Shown piece after piece: positions 26,344-32,000 of a DNA stretch of 32,000 nucleotides. The notes under the pieces are model-generated. The model worked only from the letters and a program-made list of their open reading frames with translations, was not told where the DNA came from and made no database searches. Within the stretch, counting starts at the first letter, position 1; every line of letters starts with the position of its first letter. Origin of the DNA: Candidatus Saccharimonadota bacterium (lineage in GTDB: Archaea > Micrarchaeota > Micrarchaeia > Micrarchaeales > Micrarchaeaceae). A program made the position numbers and the translations under genes. Location of the stretch: contig AP024486.1 of NCBI GenBank assembly GCA_021654395.1, positions 1 through 32,000 of the forward strand. The letters are read 5' to 3'.

Positions 26344-28431
26344 ATGATCGAATCTAGCTCAATAGATATATTAAATAGCTTAAAGAGCTTCTTACAGCAG
26401 TACTGCTCTCAAGAGATAGATGAGATAAGATTAGAGTTCCCTAATAGAAGAAGCTTAGATGTAGATATAGCCTTACTTGCATCATATAACAGAGAGCTTG
26501 CTAGTATGCTTATTGATAACCCTGATTCTATAATAAGAGAGGCAGATAACGCGCTTGCTTCTATCTTGAATCTTGATAAGAGCTATAGATTTCATGTCAG
26601 ATTCTATAATCAGAATATATATAGACCATTGGTTCAGGATGTTGGAACAGAGTATCTAGAGAAGCTTATAACGCTCGATGCGCTAGTTGTAAAGAGATCA
26701 GAGGTACTATCTAAGGTAAGAATCGCTAATGTAAGATGCACAAAGGCAGGATGCAGCTATAGGGCAGAGATAGATCTAGATTATGATGAGCTTCCAGAGA
26801 AATGCCCATTATGCAATAGCAGGATAGCTATTCAAGAGGATCATTCTAGCAAGATAGATATGCAGAGGATAGCTATTCAAGATCCATTAGAGGTACTAAA
26901 AGGAAATGTTCCAAACTGGCAGCTTACTGTTGTACTAGAGGATGATCTAGTTAACTCTGTCCTACCAGGAGATAGAATTGAGGTAACTGGAGTTCTAAAA
27001 GCTGCGATGATAGATAAGAGAAGGAATAGATCAATCAGAAGCAAGGATATAGTATACGCAATGTATCTTAAGGCAGTCTCTTTAATACATAAGCAGAAAG
27101 ACTTTGCATCATTACAGATAACTAAGAGCGATGAGGAGAAGATTAAGGATCTTGCAAAGGATCCAAATATAATAGACAAGATAGTCAACTCGATTGCTGC
27201 ATCTGTATATGGATACAGAGAGATAAAGACTGCTGTAGCATTACAGCTCTTCGGAGGTAACTCTAATAAATCTCTTATAGATAATAGCCCTGTAAGAAGC
27301 GATATACATATACTGCTTATAGGAGATCCTGGAAGTGCTAAAACAAGAATACTTCAATCTGTTGCAGCCCTAGTGCCTAAGGGCATATACGTCTCTGGCA
27401 AGTCTGTAACTGCTGGAGGTCTAACAGCAGTAGCTGAGAAGGATGAGTTCTCAGAGGGAGGTTGGACTCTTAAGGCAGGAGCATTAGTTCTAGGTAATGG
27501 AGGTCTTGTCTGCATAGACGAATTTGATAAGATCTCTGATGAGGATAGATCTGCACTGCATGAAGCTATGGAGTCTCAAACTATATCTGTTGCTAAGGCA
27601 GGAATAGTTGCTAACTTCTCAGCAAAGACATCTATACTGGCTGCAGCTAATCCTAAGTATGGAAGATTTGATCCTAATAAGTATCCTGCAGATCAGTATG
27701 ATATACCACCAACGCTACTATCAAGATTTGATCTTATATTCCCGATAAGAGATCTGATGGATGAGCAGCTAGATAGAAATATAGCAGAGCATATAACTCT
27801 ACAGCACAAGATCTCTGCAGAGAATAACGGCTTAATAACTGATCAGCTTTATAATGAGCAGAACAAGGTATCAAAGCCAGAGATAGATAGAGAGCTGCTT
27901 AGAAAGTATATTGCATATGCCAGAAGAAATATCTTCCCTGCATTAACAGAGGAGGCAAGAGGAAGGATAGTAAGCTACTATACAACATTAAGAAAGCTTG
28001 GTAAGAATATGAATACAACTCCAATAACTCCTAGACAGCTCGAAGGATTGATAAGACTCTCTGAGGCAAGTGCAAAGGCTAGACTGTCAAATAAGGTTGA
28101 GATAAGTGATGTCGAGAGAGCAATATCATTGCTAGATTATGTACTCAGACAAGTTGCTATAGACAAAGAGGGCAGAATAGATATAGATATAATATCCACT
28201 AATATGCCTAAGGAGAGAGTTAGCAAGATAAATATTATTAAGAGCATAATATCTAGTATGGAGAAGAAAGAGGGTGGAGCTGCTAAGATAGATGATGTGA
28301 TAAAGGCTGCAGGTGAGCAAGGAATAAGTACAGATGAAGTGAATAGGCTGCTACTTGAGCTAGAGAAAGGTGGAGAGATATACAAGCCAAGAGTCGGTTA
28401 TATAAAGCTAGTTGAGTATAGAGATGAGTAA
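26344..28431 (+). CDS. mcm: MCM replicative helicase
   Basis: Zn-finger CTKAGC...CPLCNS, Walker A GDPGSAKT, Walker B CIDEFDK, Arg-finger SRFDLIF and a C-terminal wHTH. The ATG at 26344 is preferred over the track's TTG at 26323; both are in frame. Confidence 0.93.
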   Translation: MIESSSIDILNSLKSFLQQYCSQEIDEIRLEFPNRRSLDVDIALLASYNRELASMLIDNPDSIIREADNALASILNLDKSYRFHVRFYNQNIYRPLVQDVGTEYLEKLITLDALVVKRSEVLSKVRIANVRCTKAGCSYRAEIDLDYDELPEKCPLCNSRIAIQEDHSSKIDMQRIAIQDPLEVLKGNVPNWQLTVVLEDDLVNSVLPGDRIEVTGVLKAAMIDKRRNRSIRSKDIVYAMYLKAVSLIHKQKDFASLQITKSDEEKIKDLAKDPNIIDKIVNSIAASVYGYREIKTAVALQLFGGNSNKSLIDNSPVRSDIHILLIGDPGSAKTRILQSVAALVPKGIYVSGKSVTAGGLTAVAEKDEFSEGGWTLKAGALVLGNGGLVCIDEFDKISDEDRSALHEAMESQTISVAKAGIVANFSAKTSILAAANPKYGRFDPNKYPADQYDIPPTLLSRFDLIFPIRDLMDEQLDRNIAEHITLQHKISAENNGLITDQLYNEQNKVSKPEIDRELLRKYIAYARRNIFPALTEEARGRIVSYYTTLRKLGKNMNTTPITPRQLEGLIRLSEASAKARLSNKVEISDVERAISLLDYVLRQVAIDKEGRIDIDIISTNMPKERVSKINIIKSIISSMEKKEGGAAKIDDVIKAAGEQGISTDEVNRLLLELEKGGEIYKPRVGYIKLVEYRDE

Positions 28432-29442
28432 ATGCCCGTAAGAGATATAGATCTAAGAGAGCTTCTCAAGGTATTTACTGCTTTCTTAATAGTCCAGTTC
28501 TTAGGCTTTCTTATGATGCTCCTTGTTTATAATAATGCTTCTTACTCAGTATTAAGCAGCGTATCTTATGGACAGAGCAATATACTCTACTCCATATCAA
28601 TATTTGTATCAGAGCTAATTATAGCCGTTATAATACTTCTCTTGCTTATTAGATTCTTACATGGCGCTTGGTTATACTACTTCATGGAAGGAGCGATACT
28701 ACTCCTTACTCTTACTGTATTCTTTGGTGTTATTATATCTAGCTTTTTAGGAGAGGCTTATCTATTCGCAGCAGGCTATCTTCTACCTTATGTATATATT
28801 ATAGCATTAGCTATAAGTATAGGATTTATAATAGCAAAGCATAAGATAAACTCTATCATACTTAGAAACTTCATAGTTATAATGACAAGCGTTGGACTAG
28901 GCTTACTCATAGGTATATACTTTGGCTTTTTCTTCTCTCTGATATTCTTAGTTATAATGGCTGTTTATGATTATGTCTCAGTATTTATAACTAAGCATAT
29001 GGTTGCATTAGCAGAGGGCTCATTTAGATATAACCTTGCTATGATGCTGTACTTTAGTGAGACTAAAGCACTAGATAAGAGCAGTGTAGATAAGAGAACT
29101 CTAAATGAGATAGATAAGGATCTAAAGAAGAATAAGGAGTTTTATAAGTCATTCAAAAGCATATCTAACAAGTTAAATCTGAGTAGTAGCTATGTGCCTC
29201 TAGTATCTGCAGTTGGCTTAGGCAACGGTGATCTTGCATTACCTTTATCAGTAGTTGTTGCTTCAGTAAAGTATAGCAATAACTTTATACTGCCGTTGAC
29301 TCTAATAGCTGGAGGTGCATTAGGGCTAGCTTTGACATTCTATCTTCTATATAGATATAGAAGACCTCTGCCGGCTATACCGCCTTTAAGCATAGGAATA
29401 CTATTTGCATTCTCATTATATATACTATTGAATATTAAATAA
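28432..29442 (+). CDS. Presenilin / signal-peptide-peptidase-like intramembrane aspartyl protease (A22 family, PSH-like)
   Basis: A polytopic membrane protein with AVYDYVSVFITKHM (YD motif), GLGNGDLALP (GxGD motif) and PLPAIPPLS (PAL-like motif). A hydrophilic loop lies between the two catalytic helices. It starts at the nucleotide after the mcm stop. Confidence 0.7.
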   Translation: MPVRDIDLRELLKVFTAFLIVQFLGFLMMLLVYNNASYSVLSSVSYGQSNILYSISIFVSELIIAVIILLLLIRFLHGAWLYYFMEGAILLLTLTVFFGVIISSFLGEAYLFAAGYLLPYVYIIALAISIGFIIAKHKINSIILRNFIVIMTSVGLGLLIGIYFGFFFSLIFLVIMAVYDYVSVFITKHMVALAEGSFRYNLAMMLYFSETKALDKSSVDKRTLNEIDKDLKKNKEFYKSFKSISNKLNLSSSYVPLVSAVGLGNGDLALPLSVVVASVKYSNNFILPLTLIAGGALGLALTFYLLYRYRRPLPAIPPLSIGILFAFSLYILLNIK

Positions 29443-30587
29443 TGATCTATATGCTATTTATAAAGCTGCCAAAGAGCAGATGCGAGATATTAAGAAAGAG
29501 GCTTAGCAAGATGGACCTTCTTATTAGTAATGTAAAGCCATTGCGATATGATGATTATATAGCATTTCCTGTTAAAGAGTCCATAAAGGATGTAGAAGAT
29601 CCTGAGATAAAGAGCTTAGAGCTTCTAGATATAGATAGTTATGAAGCTATGGATCTTACAAAAGGATCTTTTAAGGATTATCTAAAGAGATATCTAAATG
29701 AGGAGGAGCTTAAGCATATATCTAACGGTTATGATATATATGGAAGCATAGCTGTTATAGACATAGATAACTCATTAAAAGATAAGGCAAAGCTTATAGC
29801 TAAGGCGCTAATGGATTTTGACAAGAGGATAAAGACAGTGCTTGCGAAGAAGAGCGCCGTATCAGGAGCTTATAGAACAAGAGAGTTTAGCTATATATAT
29901 GGTAGAAGAAGCTATATAGCAGAGCATAAAGAGAATGGATGTATCTTTAGATATGATATAAGAAAGGTATTCTTCTCTAATAGACTAGCATTCGAAAGAA
30001 AGAGAGTATACAGCCTAGTTAAGGATCATGAAAGAGTATATGTAATGTTCTCTGGCGTTGCTCCTTTCTCTATAGAGATAGCAAAGCATACTAATGCAGA
30101 TAAGATACTCTCTGCTGAGCTTAATCCTTACGGCCACAGATACGCTATTATAAACTGTAGACTTAACAATATAAGCTATATAGATCTCGACTCTAAGATA
30201 GATAATAGATCTTTAGAGGCAGCTTTAAGCTCTAAGGAGAGAATGATACTTATAAATGCTAATGTATCAGATCTTAGCAATCTAGAAGCTATAGATAGCT
30301 ACTTTGATAGAATAGTTATGCCATTACCAAGATCTACTCTACTATTCCTTAATGAGGCATATAAGGCAGCCAGAGATAATGCAACTGTGCATCTATATGC
30401 ATTCTCAGATATAAACAATCCATTTGAGAGCATAAAGAGGAGGATATTAGAGCATGCGGAGGCAAATGGCTATAAGATTGAGTTCTTATTTGAAAGGGTT
30501 GTAAGAAACTACTCTCCACAAGAGTTAGAGGTTGTTATAGACTATAGAATAATAAAGAATAAAAAGCTTTTACAAGATGTTAAGTAG
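29442..30587 (+). CDS. trm5: tRNA (guanine37-N1)-methyltransferase, Trm5/Taw22 family (Met-10+ like)
   Basis: Motifs YDIYGSIAVIDI, FRYDIRKVFFSNRLAFERKR, VYVMFSGVAPFSIEIAK, ELNP and RIVMPLP. The start overlaps the upstream stop by 1 nt (TAATG). Confidence 0.8.
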   Translation: MIYMLFIKLPKSRCEILRKRLSKMDLLISNVKPLRYDDYIAFPVKESIKDVEDPEIKSLELLDIDSYEAMDLTKGSFKDYLKRYLNEEELKHISNGYDIYGSIAVIDIDNSLKDKAKLIAKALMDFDKRIKTVLAKKSAVSGAYRTREFSYIYGRRSYIAEHKENGCIFRYDIRKVFFSNRLAFERKRVYSLVKDHERVYVMFSGVAPFSIEIAKHTNADKILSAELNPYGHRYAIINCRLNNISYIDLDSKIDNRSLEAALSSKERMILINANVSDLSNLEAIDSYFDRIVMPLPRSTLLFLNEAYKAARDNATVHLYAFSDINNPFESIKRRILEHAEANGYKIEFLFERVVRNYSPQELEVVIDYRIIKNKKLLQDVK

Positions 30588-30600
30588 CAGATAGATAGAT

Positions 30601-30608
30601 TAATATAT
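30601..30608 (+). promoter_or_regulatory. TATA-like box TAATATAT, 32 nt upstream of the ATG at 30633
   Basis: Spacing is consistent with the other candidates. Confidence 0.3.
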
Positions 30609-30632
30609 CTAATTGTATATATAAATATAAAC

Positions 30633-30941
30633 ATGGAAGAGATAAGCTTTGAAGAGGCTAAGCCTCTTTTAGAGAAAGGAAAGAGATTAGTGTGGTTAGG
30701 AGTAGAGGATAAGAGCTATATAGCAGAGCTATTAGGAATAGATGAAAGTAAGATACTACAGCTCTCACCGCAAGAGATCTTCTATATGCATCCAGAGAAA
30801 GCAAAGGAGCTAGAGGATCATCCTTTTATCTGCTACCATGGAAATACATCCAGAGCAATAGGAAAGATACTTGAGAGCAGAGGAGTAAATATCAAGTCTA
30901 TAAAAGGAGGCATAACGGGTATCATAGGAAGAGAGTTATAA
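30633..30941 (+). CDS. Single-domain rhodanese-like protein
   Basis: The size (102 aa) and layout fit: LVWLGVEDKSY.., the putative active-site loop FICYHGNTSRA (C-x-x-G-x-x-S) and a C-terminal IKGGITG. Confidence 0.5.
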   Translation: MEEISFEEAKPLLEKGKRLVWLGVEDKSYIAELLGIDESKILQLSPQEIFYMHPEKAKELEDHPFICYHGNTSRAIGKILESRGVNIKSIKGGITGIIGREL

Positions 30942-30943
30942 TC

Positions 30944-30949
30944 TTTTTT
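30944..30949 (+). terminator. Oligo-T tract (T6) 3 nt after the rhodanese stop
   Basis: Sequence taaTCTTTTTTAAA. This tract also overlaps the TATA-like region of gatC. Confidence 0.3.
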
Positions 30950-30978
30950 AAATTTACTTTATTTAATTCTTTAACATT

Positions 30979-31272
30979 ATGAAGATCTTGATAGATGATG
31001 CTTTAATAGACAAGCTTGCAAAGCTATCTAGAATAGCTCTAACAGAGGATGAGAAGAAGCTATTTAAGGAGCAGCTTAATGCCGTTATAGATGCATTTAA
31101 TATAATAGACGAGCTTGATAATCAGATAAAGGATATAGAGCCAGCCTTTCATCCAATAGAGATTGCTGATAGATTTAGAGATGATATACCAGAGGAGTAT
31201 AGCTGGAATCCTTTAGAGCAGAATCTTAATAATGAGAATGATTATATAAAGGCAAATAGAACTGTTAGGTGA
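30979..31272 (+). CDS. gatC: Asp/Glu-tRNA amidotransferase subunit C
   Basis: A 97-aa product with LIDKLAKLSRIALTEDEKKLFKEQLNAVIDAFNIIDELD, a typical GatC helix pair. It lies directly upstream of gatA. Confidence 0.85.
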   Translation: MKILIDDALIDKLAKLSRIALTEDEKKLFKEQLNAVIDAFNIIDELDNQIKDIEPAFHPIEIADRFRDDIPEEYSWNPLEQNLNNENDYIKANRTVR

Positions 31273-32000
31273 TTCTATTAACTATAGAATCGTTTTTAGA
31301 GAGAAATCAGAATCTAAAGAGAGAAGAGCTCGATGATATAATAGCTAGAGCTAAGGAGCGCTCTCTACTTATAGATAAAGAGTATGATGCATTTATAACA
31401 TTGAATGATAATCTGGCAGTTGAGTCTAAAGGTATTCTCTACGGAGTTGCTATATCTGTAAAGGATAATATATGCACTAAAGGCTTAAGAACAACAGCAG
31501 GTTCAAGGATACTAGAGAGCTATATACCGCCATTTGATGCTACAGTTATAGAAAAGGTAAAGAGGGCAGGGGGCTTTATCATAGGAAAGACAGCGATGGA
31601 TGAGTTTGGATTTGGCTCTTTCTCTATAAACTGCGCATACAAGATACCAAAGAATCCTAATGATAAAGAAAGAGTTACTGGAGGTAGTAGCGGAGGTGCA
31701 GCAGCAGTTACTAAGGCTGCAGACTTTCCACATATAGCTATAGCTCAATCAACAGGTGGTAGTATAACAGCGCCTGCAGCATTTACTGGAACTGTTGGAA
31801 TAACGCCTACTTACGGAAGGGTATCAAGATACGGATTAATAGACTACTCAAATAGCATGGACAAGATAGGTACTATAGGAAAAGATGTATTTGATGCTGC
31901 ACTACTGCTACAGATAATTCAAGGCTACGATCCTAGAGACTCTACATCTATTAAGCTTAATGAAGAGAGCTATATAGATAGTATGAATAAAGAGATTAAA
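31269..32000 (+). CDS. gatA: Asp/Glu-tRNA amidotransferase subunit A (amidase signature), N-terminal part; runs off the window end
   Basis: Hand translation from GTG 31269 (GTGA overlap with the gatC stop): (M)ILLTIESFLERNQNLKREELDDIIARAKE...LYGVAISVKDNICTKGLRTTAGSRILESYIPPFDATVIEKVKRAGGFIIGKTAMDEFGFGS...GGSSGGAAAV...QSTGGSITAPAAFTGTVGITPTYGRVSRYGLI. It is absent from the track because it is open-ended. Confidence 0.9.
   Translation, partial: MILLTIESFLERNQNLKREELDDIIARAKERSLLIDKEYDAFITLNDNLAVESKGILYGVAISVKDNICTKGLRTTAGSRILESYIPPFDATVIEKVKRAGGFIIGKTAMDEFGFGSFSINCAYKIPKNPNDKERVTGGSSGGAAAVTKAADFPHIAIAQSTGGSITAPAAFTGTVGITPTYGRVSRYGLIDYSNSMDKIGTIGKDVFDAALLLQIIQGYDPRDSTSIKLNEESYIDSMNKEIK

Noticed and set aside
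1-32000. CRISPR arrays, transposases or IS elements, integrases, prophage genes, rRNA and inteins in MCM or the ligase.
   Set aside because: No spaced direct repeats, no recombinase-like ORFs and no rRNA-like conserved stretches were seen. MCM (695-702 aa) and Lig (597 aa) have normal lengths with contiguous motifs.

Overview
AT-rich, very compact archaeal chromosomal segment: short intergenic gaps, many 1-8 nt start/stop overlaps, and TATA-like boxes about 27-32 nt upstream of several ATGs, which suggests leaderless mRNAs. Most genes are housekeeping. They include Topo VI subunit A (partial), membrane-bound LonB, ATP-dependent DNA ligase, a TPR-AAA+ ATPase, an Sm-like protein, aconitase plus malate:quinone oxidoreductase, Ogg glycosylase, a UbiD/UbiA-like pair, MCM, a presenilin-like protease, Trm5, a rhodanese-like protein and GatC/GatA (partial). 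There are two tRNAs: tRNA-Lys(UUU), and tRNA-Ala(GGC) interrupted by a 17-nt insert in the T-loop. No CRISPR array, transposase or integrase was seen. The non-routine content concerns the cell surface. (1) A very low-GC two-gene membrane module at 2428-6253 includes a GT-C/YfhO-like gene whose 5' end is broken or recoded. That gene has 143 in-frame codons with no canonical start, two TAGs 3 nt apart, a TM helix in another frame, and a U_UUA_AAU heptamer in the frame-overlap window. (2) A 1964-aa secreted, C-terminally anchored protein is rich in sequons and Cys, poor in charged residues, and contains a Ser/Cys module with a recurring P-x-C motif. This gene sits directly between tRNA-Lys and ogg. 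Divergent housekeeping proteins, low GC and the T-loop tRNA intron are compatible with a small-genome, possibly acidophilic or DPANN-like archaeon, but lineage cannot be established from the sequence alone.
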